The translations under genes were made by a program, and so were the position numbers. Under the pieces are notes generated by a model. That model did no database searches and had not been told where the DNA came from. It worked only from the letters and a program-made list of their open reading frames with translations. From Octopus vulgaris (Eukaryota): a stretch of 64,000 nt of DNA. Shown here in pieces: positions 44,810-56,935 of this stretch (positions are counted from its first letter, which is position 1; each line of letters begins with the position of its first letter). The stretch lies in contig OX597843.1 in assembly GCA_951406725.2 (NCBI GenBank), positions 12,028,001 to 12,092,000 on the forward strand. Direction: 5' to 3'.

Positions 44810-45445
44810 CTAGCAGTATCGCCCGGCGTTGCTCGGGTTTGTAAGGGAAATTTCTATATAAGCATTTTTAGAGAGTTATAGCCAAAAAATAGCAAAAAAT
44901 GCATTAAAAATGGAAAAAATATGATGGTAAATTTTTTTTAAATCGTTGACTCATCGTAGACATTTTTAGAGAGTTACTTCCCTTATATAATAGCGAAAAA
45001 ATGCATTAAAATGGAAAAAAAACGATGGTAAATTGTTTTTTAAATCGTAGACTCATGTAGACGCTTTCTTAGCCATTTCTGTTTTGGTGTCTTCAAGCCA
45101 TGAAGTCGTTGTTCTAAAAGAACGCTGGTCTCCTTGACAACGCATTACGACGCTGATTTCCTTACACTCCCTTCCCCACAGGTGCAGGTGTGAGCGTGGA
45201 CGCCATCTCCGCCGCCATCGACACACGAAAAATTATGCATTAAAATGGAATAAAAAATGATGTTAAATTATTTTTAAAATCGTAGACTCATCGTAGACGC
45301 GTGCTAATACTCAGACGGGCTCGATATGAATCACGTCTATAAGCTTCCCGAATTTGGTTAAACTGCACCGCAAAATGTGGGAGTAGTTAGGAATCTAAAT
45401 CGAAGGGGACAGACACTCACACAACTACAGTTTTATATATATAGA
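44810..45445 (-). mobile_element. Non-autonomous Helitron with both termini
   Basis: Minus strand reads A|TCTATATATATAAAA ... cccgagcaacgccggg hairpin, gatactg, CTAG|T. No TSD. Internal ~100-bp subrepeats (aaaatgcattaaaatgg...gactcatcgtagac). Confidence 0.9.
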
Positions 45446-45449
45446 TATA

Positions 45450-46058
45450 CATAGCGCAGTAGTGGTGAGATGTGATAGCAAAGAAAACCATACATTCACT
45501 CTCTGCATGCAATTAGACTCGGAAAGTTCGTGAGGAACCCATTGACCCAATTTGCTGACTTTTCCGATAGCACACAGGTCTCAATGAATGGTTGAATGAC
45601 CAAATCCAAGCTTCTCTGCTAGTTCCTCAACAGTTACGATGAGATTTTGTTCCACCAGGGTTTTCAGGATGTCCTTGTCGAGTTCTACAGATCTTTCAGG
45701 ATGAGGCTCGTCTTCTAGGCTGTAGTTTATGGCTCGGAATTTCTGGAACCACCATTGACACTGCCTTACGCTTATTGTCCAATCCCCATATACTGCATTA
45801 ATATTTCTTGTACTTTCCGTTGCGTTGTTGTCTTTATTGAACTCATAAAGCAAAATATGCCAAATATGCTCCTTTGTGACTTCCAACATAGCTTTGAAAA
45901 AAATAGCTGTTAAAATCGAAATGCACTCTTCAAAACTTGCACTATGAATAAGGACAAGATAAAATTACTACCTGCTTTTATAGCAAGTTAATATAAGTAG
46001 TTTATCCCATTCCCCTCTGACTTTTAGTTCAAGCTGTTGAAAAAACCGCATTATTATA
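45450..46058 (-). pseudogene. 5' fragment of a mariner element (HTH region of transposase)
   Basis: ORF 45581-45889: EVTKEHIWHILLYEF..CQWWFQKFR..LEDEPHPERS..VTVEELAEKLGFGHSTIH. Confidence 0.85.
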
Positions 46059-46311
46059 TATATATACATACATACATACATACATATACACACACACTCT
46101 CTCTCTCACACACATGCACACATTTATATTCTGTTATTCTTTTATATGTTTCAGCCTTGAGGTTGTGGCCATGCTGGATCATGTGTGTGTGTGTGTGTGT
46201 CTATCTGTCTGTCTGTCTGTATGTATATATATATGTATATGTATGTGTGTGAACAATAATATTTTCAACAGATGTGTTGCAAATGTATCTGATTGTTCTC
46301 AAGCTTCAATA

Positions 46312-46530
46312 CTGTGTGTGTGTGTATGTGTGTGTGTATGTATGTATGTATATGTATGTATGTATATGTATGTATGTATGTATGTATGTATATATGTATG
46401 TATGTGTGTGTGTATGTATGTATGTGTGTGTGTGTGTATGTATGTATGTATATGTATGTATGTATATGTATGTATGTATGTGTGTATGTATGTGTGTGTG
46501 TGTGTGTATGTATGTATGTGTGTGTGTGTA

Positions 46531-46561
<31 letters not shown>

Positions 46562-46570
46562 ATGTATGAG
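46312..46570. repeat. (TG)n/(TGTA)n compound microsatellite
   Basis: Directly visible; paralogue at 48364-48522. Confidence 0.95.
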
Positions 46571-46619
46571 TGTATGTTTACTTTATTACTAACAGAAGCC
46601 ACTACGGTTATTTAATGTA

Positions 46620-47023
46620 AAGTCTTCCTCAAATCACTCTGTCTCGCTATTTACTCTCTTCCAAGAACATTTTCACTCACTCTTATTTGTTAGCTTCCCA
46701 TACATTTTACTCATGTATCTATCAGCGTGATAGACAGAAACAAATATTACATCTAGTTTAACTTTATTCGTTGCCCACTGTGTGTGTGCGTTTGCGCGTG
46801 GTGTAAACCAGACTAAGAAAAGCATTTGACTCACACACCAGAATGTGAGTTTTCTGTAAATTTTGCTGAATTGGAGTTTAAATTTTAAAAACTGGACCTG
46901 GCATGACGCGATGCATTGTACTCTTAAAAATGCTAGGTAAATTGTAATTGAAGAAATCCTATATTGTAGATTTGTATAACTCCCAAAGGGAGGCAGATAA
47001 TATCTGCCTTTTATAATAAGAGA
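46620..47023 (-). mobile_element. Helitron-like 5'-end module (second family)
   Basis: Ends ttttataataagaga|t, which is minus A|TCTCTTATTATAAAA. Homologous to 50010-50269 and 50271-50663. Confidence 0.65.
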
Positions 47024-47166
47024 TTATATATATGTATATGAATATATACAAATTATATATATGTATATGAATATATACAAATTATATATATGTATATGAA
47101 TATATACAAATTATTTATATGTATATGAATATATACAAATTATTTATATGTATATATATATTTGTA
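47024..47166 (+). repeat. Short island of 29-bp satellite between composite Helitrons
   Basis: gaatatatacaaattatatatatgtatat units. Confidence 0.9.
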
Positions 47167-47802
47167 CTAGCAGAATCGCAAGGCGTTGCTCGGGTTTGTA
47201 AGGGAAATAACTATATAAGCATTTTTAGAGAGTAATAGCCAAAAAATAGCAAAAAATGCATTAAAAATGGAAAAAATATGATGGTAAATTTTTTTAAATC
47301 GTTGACTCATCGTAGACATTTTTAGAGAGTTACTTCCCTTATATAATAGCGAAAAAATGCATTAAAATGGAAAAAAAACGATGGTAAATTTTTTTTTAAA
47401 TCGTAGACTCATGTAGACGCTTTCTTAGCCATTTCTGTTTTGGTAGTCTTCAAGCCATGAAGTCGTTGTTCTAAAAGAACACTGGTCTCCTTGACAACGC
47501 ATTACGACGTTGATTTCCTTACACTCCCTTCCCCACAGGTGCAGGTGTGAGCGTGGACGCCAACTCCGCCGCCATCGACACACGAAAAATTATGCATTAA
47601 AATGGAATAAAAAATGATGTTAAATTATTTTTAAAATCGTAGACTCATCGAAGACGCGCGCTAATATTCAGACGGGCTCGATATGAATCACGACTATAAG
47701 CTACCCGAATTTGGTTAAACTGTACCGCAAAATGTGGGAGTAGTTAGGAATCTAAATCGAAGGGGACAGACACTCACACAACTACAGTTTTATATATATA
47801 GA
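47167..47802 (-). mobile_element. Non-autonomous Helitron (duplicate of 44810-45445)
   Basis: a|ctag at 47167 and ga|t at 47802; the 3' hairpin is mutated (cgcaaggcg). Confidence 0.9.
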
Positions 47803-47807
47803 TATAC

Positions 47808-48172
47808 ATAGCGCAGTAGTGGTGAGATATGACAGCAAAGAAAAGCATACATTCACTCTCTGCATGCAATTAGACTCGGAAAGTTCGTGAGGAACCCATT
47901 GACCCAATTTGCTGACTTTTCCGATAGCACACAGGTCTCAATGAATGGTTGAATGACCAAATCCAAGCTTCTCTGCTAGTTCCTCAACAGTTACGATGAT
48001 ATTTTGTTCCACCAGGGTTTTCAGGATGTCCTTGTCGAGTTCTACAGATCTTTCAGGATGAGGCTCGTCTTCTAGGCTGTAGTTTATGGCTCGGGATTTC
48101 TGGAACCACCATTGACACTGCCTTACGCTTATTGTCCAATCCCCATATACTGCATTAATATTTCTTGTACTT
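47808..48172 (-). pseudogene. Mariner fragment, duplicate of 45450-45815 with the 5' ~300 bp deleted
   Basis: STRNINAVYGDWTISVRQCQWWFQK..GHSTIH in ORF 47938-48354; junction gtacttt|gcacacat. Confidence 0.85.
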
Positions 48173-48364
48173 TGCACACATTTATATTCTGTTATTCTTT
48201 TATATGTTTCAGCCTTGAGGTTGTGGCCATGCTGGATCATGTGTGTGTGTGTGTGTCTATCTGTCTGTCTGTCTGTATGTATATATGTATATGTATGTGT
48301 GTGAACAATAATATTTTCAACAGATGTGTTGCAAATGTATATGATTGTTCTCAAGCTTCAATAC

Positions 48365-48397
<33 letters not shown>

Positions 48398-48545
48398 ATG
48401 TATGTATGTATATGTATGTATGTATGTATGTGTGTATGTATGTATGTGTGTGTGTATGTATGTGTGTGTGTATGTATGTATGTATGTATGTATGTATGTA
48501 TGTATGTATGTATGTATGTATGAGTGTATGCTTTCTTTATTACTA

Positions 48546-48586
48546 ACTAGCAGTATGACCCGGCAACGCCGGGTCATAGTGCTAGT
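48546..48586. other. 41-bp palindrome made of two back-to-back Helitron 3' termini
   Basis: actagcagtatgacccggc-aac-gccgggtcatagtgctagt: 19-bp arms with 1 mismatch. Confidence 0.85.
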
Positions 48587-48770
48587 CTATAATAAAAAAT
48601 ATATCTATCTAGCTAGCTATACGTATGTATGTGTGTGTGTGCGCGTGTGTGAATGTGTGTGTATATATATAAATATATATATATTTATATATATAGATAA
48701 AACTTACTTGGAAAAGGATACGTAGCGTTCGATCATATAATAATATAAATAATGTATAAATATATATATA

Positions 48771-49614
48771 CTAGCAGAATATCCCGGCGTTGCTCGGGGC
48801 TGAATTGCTTGAAAGTACTGTTAATGATTGCACTGAATTATGATGATTATTCAGGCAAATATTGAAATAAGCTTACGGTGGGAGATAAGGACTTAACGCC
48901 AAACGTGTGCCATTGCATTGTTTTGGGGGAACCAAATTTCTGATGAGCATTATAGGGGCACTAACTTTAAGTTTGAGAAAGTGTGGTGGTATTCCGGGGT
49001 GCTCAAAGGAATTGAGTACCTCTATTGGATAGTTGATGACGTCCTCTGGGTCAGGAGTTGTATCGATAGACTGATATACATCGACTTCCCCAGGAATGAG
49101 TTTTAGCATTTCATCATTAATATGGTGAACAGTTTTATTCCTCGGGGCCAGTATAGCCTTTTTGCCAATCCAATCCATATTCTGATAATTAGCTTGTAAA
49201 TCTGGGAACACTGCATCTCTGAGATCAGAAGGCGTCTTAACAATGGTATAAATGGAATCGATGGCAATATTACCATTTTCATCCCCTGGTATTTTGCCTT
49301 CGCCAAGTGCAAGGAGAGTGTGAGGAAATGCTGGTGATGTGATATTACGTCGCATATGAGCACGCATATTGGTGTGAAGTTTGAGAGTTACTTCCGTTTA
49401 TTTTAAAAAATATGCATTAAAATGGAAAAAAATGATGGTAAATTATTTGTAAAATCATAGACTCATCGTAGACGCGCGCTAATACCCAGAAGGGCTCGAT
49501 ATGAATCACGACTATAAGATACCCGGTTTTGGTTAAACTGCATCGCAAAATGTGGGAGTAGTTAGGAATCTAAATCGGAGTAGACAGACACACAACCTTT
49601 CTTTTATATATAAA
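48771..49614 (-). mobile_element. Helitron deletion derivative carrying a helicase fragment
   Basis: 3' end a|ctagcagaatatcccggcgttgctcggg. 49383-49614 is homologous to the 5' part of 44810-45445. Confidence 0.85.
48895..49385 (-). pseudogene. Helitron RepHel Pif1-like (SF1B) helicase fragment
   Basis: LKLHTNMRAH..LLALGEG..KAILAPRNKTVHHIN..YQSID..YPIEVLNSFEHPGIPPHFLKLKVSAPIMLIRNLVPPKQCNGTRL, the canonical Helitron helicase segment. No internal stop over ~160 codons. Confidence 0.93.
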
Positions 49615-49689
49615 TACATACATACACACACACATACATACACACACACACACACACACATACATGCATACATACATATACACATAAAC

Positions 49690-49925
49690 CGAGTAAAAAA
49701 TTTCAGTTATCTCTCTTTCACACATTACTCTCTCTGTCTCTTCACACACACTAACAGAAGCACTTCACTTACACAACATACTGTCTGTCTCCCACACTCC
49801 ATCAAACACACACACACACACATGTACATCAATGAGTCCCATGCACGGTAACTTCAAAGGAACTTCCCTCGTCATACAATCGCTTTCTCTTAGTCTCTTT
49901 CGCTCTCATTACTTATGTAAAAAAA
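49690..49925. repeat. Dispersed repeat segment, also inverted at 57925-58165 and 62046-62280
   Basis: cacattactctctctgtctcttc..ctaacagaagcacttcacttacacaacatactgtctgtctcccacac is shared among the three loci. Confidence 0.85.
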
Positions 49926-49989
49926 TAAAATTTTTTTCTATGTGTGTAAAGAGGAAGTGGGAGGCAGAGTGAAAGAATCACTCACTACA

Positions 49990-50663
49990 GTAAGTGAATT
50001 ACTTTCATTTTATTCCTTGCCCACTGTGTGTGTGCGTTTGCGTGTGGTGTAAACCAGACTAAGAAAAGCATTTGACACACACACCAGAATGTGAGTTTTC
50101 TGTAAATTTTGCTTAATTGGAGTTTAAATTTTAAAAACTGGACCTGGCATGACGCGATGCATTGTACTCTCAAAAATGCTAGGTAAATTGTAATTGAAGA
50201 AATCCTATATTGTAGATTTGTATAACTCCCAAAGGGAGGCAGATAAAATCTGCCTTTTATAATAAGAGATTACTCTCTTCCAAGAACATTTTCACTCACT
50301 CTTAGCTCTTAGCTTCCCATACATTTTACTCATGTATCTATCAGCGTCATAGACAGAATACTTTCACTTTAGTCTTCCTCAAATCACTCTGTCGCTATTT
50401 ACTTTCATTTTATTCGTTGCCCACTGTGTGTGTGCGTTTGCGTGTGGTGTAAACCAGACTAAGAAAAGCATTTGACACACACACCAGAATGTGAGTTTTC
50501 TGTAAATTTTGCTTAATTGGAGTTTAAATTTTAAAAACTGGACCTGGCATGACGCGATGCATTGTACTCTCAAAAATGCTAGGTAAATTGTAATTGAAGA
50601 AATCCTATATTGTAGATTTGTATAACTCCCAAAGGGAGGCAGATAAAATCTGCCTTTTATAAT
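49990..50663 (-). mobile_element. Two tandem Helitron-like 5'-end modules (TC end at 50269; second truncated at ~50663)
   Basis: A ~260-bp block is repeated at a 394-bp offset (ORFs 49985-50173 and 50379-50573); same module as 46764-47023. Confidence 0.7.
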
Positions 50664-53614
50664 TATTTATATGTATATGAATATACAAATTATTTATATG
50701 TATATATAAATTATTTATATGTATATATATATTTGTATATATTTATATGCATATATATAATTTGTATACGTTTATATACATATATATAATTTGTATACGG
50801 TTATATACATATATATAATTATTTATATATACAAATTATTTATATGTATATATATATTTGTATATATTTATATGCACATATATAATTTGTATACGTTTAT
50901 ATACATATATATAATTTGTATACGGTTATATACATATATATAATTATTTATATATACAAATTATTTATATGCATATATATAATTTGTATATATTTATATG
51001 CATATATATAATTTGTATACGTTTATATACATATATATAATTTTTATACGGTGATATACATATATATAATTTGTATACGTTTATATACATTTATATAATT
51101 TATATACATATATATAATTTGTATACATATATATAATTTGTATATATTTGTATGCATATATATAATTTGTATATATTCATATGCATATATATAATTTGTA
51201 TATATTAATATACATATATATAATTTGTATATATTCATATACATATATATAATTTGTACATATTCATATACATGGCCTGGACCAATCTCTGGTTGAAACA
51301 TATCTAAGATTATCTAAGTTTATATAATTTGTATATATTCATATACATATATATATAATTTGTACATATTCATATACATATATATAATGTGTATATCTTC
51401 ATATACATATATGTAATTTGTATATCTTCATATACATATATATAATTTGTATATCTTCATATGCATATATATAATTTGTATATCTTCATATGCATATATA
51501 TAATTTGTATATATTTGTATGCATATATATAATATGTATATATTTATATGCATATATATAATATGTATATATTCATATACATATATACAAGTTCTTTATA
51601 TTCATATACATATATATAATTTGTATATTTTCATATACATATATATAATTTGTATATATTCATATACATATATATAATTTGTATATTTTCATATACATAT
51701 ATGTAATCTGTATATATTCATATACATATATATAATCTGTATATATTCATATACATATATATAATCTGTATGTATTCATATACATATATATATGAATATA
51801 TACAAATTATTTATATGTATATGAATATATACAAATTATTTATATGTATATGAATATATACAAATTATTTATATGTATATGAATATATACAAATTATATA
51901 TATGTATATGAATATATACAAATTATATATATGTATATGAATATATACAGATTATATATATGTATATGAATATATACAGATTATATATATGTATATGAAT
52001 ATATACAGATTATATATATGTATATGAATATATACAGATTATATATATGTATATGAATATATACAGATTATATATATGTATATGAATATATACAGATTAT
52101 ATATATGTATATGAATATATACAGATTATATATATGTATATGAATATATACAGATTATATATATGTATATGAATATATACAGATTATATATATGTATATG
52201 AATATATACAGATTATATATATGTATATGAATATATACAGATTATATATATGTATATGAATATATACAGATTATATATATGTATATGAACATATACAAAT
52301 TACATATATGTATATGAAGATATACAAATTACATATATGTATATGTATATATACAACTTACATATATTTATATGAATATATACAAATTATATATATGTAT
52401 ATGAATATATACAAATTACATATCTGTATATGTATATATACAAATTACATATATGTATATGAAGATATACATATTACATATATGTATATGAAGATATACA
52501 AATTATATATATGTATATGAAGATATACAAATTATATATATGTATATGAATATATACAAATTATATATATGTATATGAATATATACAAATTACATATCTG
52601 TATATGTATATATACAAATTACATATATGTATATGAATATATACAAATTACATATATGTATATGAAGATATACAAATTACATATATGTATATGAAGATAT
52701 ACAAATTATATATATGTATATGAATATATATAAATTATGTATATGTATATGAATATGTACAAATTATATATATATATATATGAATATATACAAATTATAT
52801 ATATGTATATGAATATATACAAATTACATATCTGTATATGTGTATATACAATTTACATATATCTATATGAATATATACAAATTACATATATGTATATGAA
52901 TATATACAAATTATATGTATGTATATGAAGATATACAAATTATATATATGTATATGAATATATATAAATTATATATATGTATTTGAATATATACAAATTA
53001 TATATATGTATATGAATATATACAAATTATATATATGTATATGAATATATACAAATTATATATTTGTATATGAATATATACAAATTATATATTTGTATAT
53101 GAATATATACAAATTATATATATGTATATGAATACATACAAATTATATATATGTATATGAATATATACAAATTATATATTTGTATATGAATACATACAAA
53201 TTATATATATGTATATGAATACATACAAATTATATATATGCATATGAATATATACAAATTATATATATGCATATGAATATATACAAATTATATATATATG
53301 TATATGAATATATACAAATTATATATATGTATATGAATATATACAGATTATATATATGAATATATACAGATTATATATATGAATATATACAGATTATATA
53401 TATGTATATGAATATATACAGATTATATATATGTATATGAATATATACAGATTACATATATGTATATGAAAATATGCAAATTATATATATGTATATGAAT
53501 ATATACAAATTATATATATGTATATGTATATATACAAATTATATATATGTTTATGAAGATATACAAATCATATATATGTATATGAAGATATACAAATTAT
53601 ATATATGTATATGA
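50664..53614. repeat. 29-bp satellite continuation with an inverted block (~50730-51790)
   Basis: tataatttgtatatattcatatacatata (reverse orientation), then forward gaatatatacaaattatatatatgtatat. Confidence 0.95.
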
Positions 53615-53619
53615 ACCTT

Positions 53620-53792
53620 TCGTATCTGCCCTTGGTTGTCCTCTCCGTGTTTAGCCCCTTGTGGGCAGTAAACAAATAAGAAGCTTGTGCCGACCATATG
53701 GTTCCGGGTTCAGTTCCACTGCGTGGCACCTTGGGCAAGTGTCACTATAGCCTAGGGCTGACGGAAACTGAAAGAAGCCTACCGTATATGTG

Positions 53793-53863
<71 letters not shown>

Positions 53864-54020
53864 CTGTGTTTGTCCCCCTTGCATTGCTTGACAACTGATG
53901 CTGGTGTGTTTATGTCCCCGTCACATAGCAGTTCGGCAAAAGAGACCGATAGAATAAGTACTGGGCTTACAAAAAGAATAAGTCCCGGGGTCGAGTAGCT
54001 CGATTAAAGGTGGTGCTTCA
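53620..54020 (+). mobile_element. Type-1 SINE 3' fragment followed by a truncated type-2 SINE
   Basis: gtgtttagccccttgtggg, then ggttccgggttcagttccactgcgtggcaccttgggcaagtg...gaccgatagaataagtactggg. Confidence 0.8.
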
Positions 54021-54029
54021 GATTAAAAA

Positions 54030-54036
54030 GGAGAGA

Positions 54037-54067
<31 letters not shown>

Positions 54068-54099
54068 CCAGGCAGACAGACAGACAGACAGATAGATAC

Positions 54100-54132
<33 letters not shown>

Positions 54133-54570
54133 CAGAGAGAGAGAGAAAGACAGATTGCCAGTTAGGGTAGCTTGGAGGGAGGGAGTGTTCTTATTGGAGG
54201 AGGTTAAATAGCTGAAGGATGAGAGTGAAGGAAAAAGAGAGAAGGAAAAGGTAATGTTTAATGCAGAGATGTATTTTATGAAAGAAGTAAAAGGAGAGAG
54301 AGGGAGTGAAAATAAGAGGGGAAAGAAGAGAGTCAAAGAAAGACAGGGAGAGAGAGAGAGGGTCAGTGATGAGAGCTCGGAAAGACGGAATGCTCTTTGT
54401 AGGGAGACAGGGGAAAGAGAGACAAGGAAAAGAAAATATTTAACTGTGGTGGTGGGGGGAGATGTATAATTGACAAAAGTAAAGGAAGAGAGGTGGAATG
54501 AGAATAAGTGAGAGAAGGATAGATAGAGAGAGATAGAGGGGGAGCGAGAGAGTGAGGGAAGGTGTTTAGT
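54030..54570. repeat. (GATA)/(GACA)/(GA) microsatellites and purine-rich low complexity
   Basis: Directly visible. Confidence 0.9.
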
Positions 54571-54792
54571 GAAGGGAACAGCGAAAAGTGTTAGTTTTTG
54601 TTTTGTTTTCTTTCTTTTTATATATTTTTATCACCTATCAGTTAACGCATGCGCGTTAGAGTATTAAGTGTCGTCTGCTCATTCAAAAGTTCGAAAAATG
54701 TCCAAGAAAGGTCGTGTGTTTTTATAGTTTTTCTAATAAATGTCTTAAGATTCATTGAAAATTTAGTGAGACTGAATAACATTATAGATAAT

Positions 54793-55525
54793 GGGATCTT
54801 TTCGGTTTGACCGGCAGTTTTTTTTTTAATAATTTCCACGTAACTAAACACTTTTAAACTTCGTATACTGGTAGAATGTGTTTATAAAACATCTTTTTCT
54901 CTTGGCTTTATTGAGAAAATTCTATGGTTTGTAAGATATTTGTTGGGTTTTTTTTCTTCAATTTCAGCAATATCAACCAATCAATGACGTCTATTGAGGT
55001 AAAAAATATTCTGTCCCGTATGAAATTGTCTCCCATAATTATGACCCTAGTATCGATCTATTGCATTTCAATCTGTTTTAGGGTTAGGATTAGGGGATCT
55101 TTTCCTTTTGAACGGCACTTTGTAACATAATTTCTAGGTAACTAAAAAATCTTAACCTTCGTATACTTGTAGAATGTGTTTATAAAGCATCTTTTTCTCT
55201 TGGCTTTATTGAGGAAATTCTACAGTTTGTAAGATATTTATTTGTTGGGGGTTTTTTTCTTCAATTTCTGCAATTTCAACCAATCAATGACGTCTATTGA
55301 GGTAAAAAAAAGCATGCTGTGCCGTATGAATATGTCCCTCGTTTAAGAAACAGATTGGGTTTATTTACATTTCTGAAGAAAAAAAAGATACCCTTCCCCT
55401 CACCCCTAACCCTAACCTTAAAACAGATTGAAATGCAATAGATCGATACTAGGGTCATAATTATGGGTGACAATTTCATATGACACCGCTAGAAAAAAAC
55501 TGCCGTTCAAACCGAAAAGATTCCC
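54793..55525. mobile_element. Rearranged TIR MITE carrying TTAGGG-like repeats
   Basis: TIRs gggatcttttcggtttgaccggcagttttttt / aaaaaaactgccgttcaaaccgaaaagattccc. A third TIR-like copy starts at ~55094. Inverted blocks at 55020-55095 and 55404-55480. Confidence 0.8.
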
Positions 55526-55706
55526 AAAAAGTCCCCATGTAAAAAAAAAGGGCCTCAAATTAATGGGTTAATAGGATAAAGTTTAATTTGTGGCTAGCCG
55601 CACACCGTGCGGACTTTTGAGCTAGCTCATGCAAAGGGCTAATTGAGCCTGCGGCCCAAAATTAAAGAGTGCAATAATAATAAAGCATTTATTGGTACCC
55701 ATCCAA

Positions 55707-55868
55707 CAGGGCTGGCCCTAGGGTTGGAGGCGGCCCGGACAAGCTGAACTTTGGCGCCCTTACAAGTATAATTTTTTAAAATTTTCACAATGAGAAAAAC
55801 TGAAAATGTAGACTACACATGGCGCCCCGGCCAATTTCCCGTGTTGCCGGTACCTTGAGCCGGCCTTA
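55707..55868. mobile_element. Short hAT-like MITE
   Basis: Imperfect TIRs cagggctggc / gccggcctta, flanked by 8-bp ccatccaa / ccaaccaa (1 mismatch), the hAT TSD length. Confidence 0.6.
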
Positions 55869-55896
55869 CCAACCAATATGGTATTATTTTTAATTT

Positions 55897-56062
55897 AGGC
55901 GCAGGAGTGGCTGTGTGGTAAGTAGCTTGCTAACCATTCACATGGTTCCGGGTTCAGTCCCACTGCGTGGCACCTTGGCCAAGTGTCTTCTGCTATAGCC
56001 CCGGGCCGACCAATGCCTTGTGAGTGGATTTGGTAGACGGAAACTGAAAGAAGCCCGTCGTA

Positions 56063-56161
<99 letters not shown>

Positions 56162-56358
56162 TGTCCCCCTAGCATTGCTTGTCAACCGATGCTGGTGTGT
56201 TTATGTCTCCGTTACTTAGCGGTTCGGCAAATGAGACCGATAGAATAAGTACTGGGCTTACAAAAAGAATAAGTCCCGGGGTCGAGTTGCTCGACTAAAG
56301 GCGGTGCTCCAGCATGGCCGCAGTCAAATGACTGAAACAAGTAAAAGAGTAAAAGAGT
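55897..56358 (+). mobile_element. Full-length CORE-like tRNA SINE (type 2) with internal (TA)/(TG) microsatellite
   Basis: Head aggcgcaggagtggctgtgtggtaag..gggttcagtccc; CORE-like gtggcaccttgg.caagtgtctt; tail cagtcaaatgactgaaacaa(gtaaaaga)n. Confidence 0.9.
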
Positions 56359-56609
56359 TTAAATGAAAAGCTTGTAAGTTCACAAATTTTTGGAGTTCTT
56401 TTAAAAATTTGAATTTTCAACTGTTAGTATATGACAAATTCTCATCCAGACTTGGTGCCAATGCTGGATGTTGAAGAACCCTAACCCTAATTTTCAAACC
56501 TGGGACCATCCTGATTCCAACAAGGTATAATTTGTCCCTGTAGAGCAAATGTAGACTGAGATACAAGGGTTCCAGAGAGAGGGAGAGAATTTCGCTCTTA
56601 TTATTATAG

Positions 56610-56935
56610 AAGTGTGGAGGCGCAATGGCCCAGTGGTTAGGGCAGCGGACCCGCGGTCGGAGGATCGCGGTTTCGATTCCCAGACCGGTCGTTGCCTGTG
56701 TTTATTGAGCGAAAACACCTAAAGCTTCACGAGGCTCCGGTAGGGGGTGGTGCCGACCCCTTTTGTACTCTTTCGCCCCAACTTTCTCTCACACTTTCTT
56801 CCTGTTTCTTGAGTAACGCTGCGATGGACTGGTGTCCCGTCCAGATGGGGGGAACACATACGCCATAGAAACCGGGAAACCGGGCCCATGAGCCTGGCTG
56901 GGCTTGAAAAGGGCACATAAATAAATAAATAAAAA
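56610..56935 (+). mobile_element. Full-length tRNA SINE type 3 with (TAAA)n tail and 10-bp TSD
   Basis: TSD attattatag at 56600-56609 and 56936-56945. tRNA-like head; central ctgcgatggactggtgtcccgtccag resembles V/Meta-type SINE domains (inference). Confidence 0.9.

Noticed and set aside
48873-49367. Host PIF1 gene exon
   Set aside because: It lies between Helitron termini, is truncated at both ends, and has Helitron-type motifs.
24312-53000. Numerous Y/I/K/T/N-rich ORFs
   Set aside because: Stop-free frames of the 29-bp satellite; no coding signal.
56610-56700. Functional tRNA gene
   Set aside because: The tRNA-like head continues into a SINE body with tail and TSD, and no complete cloverleaf is evident; the same applies to 38083.
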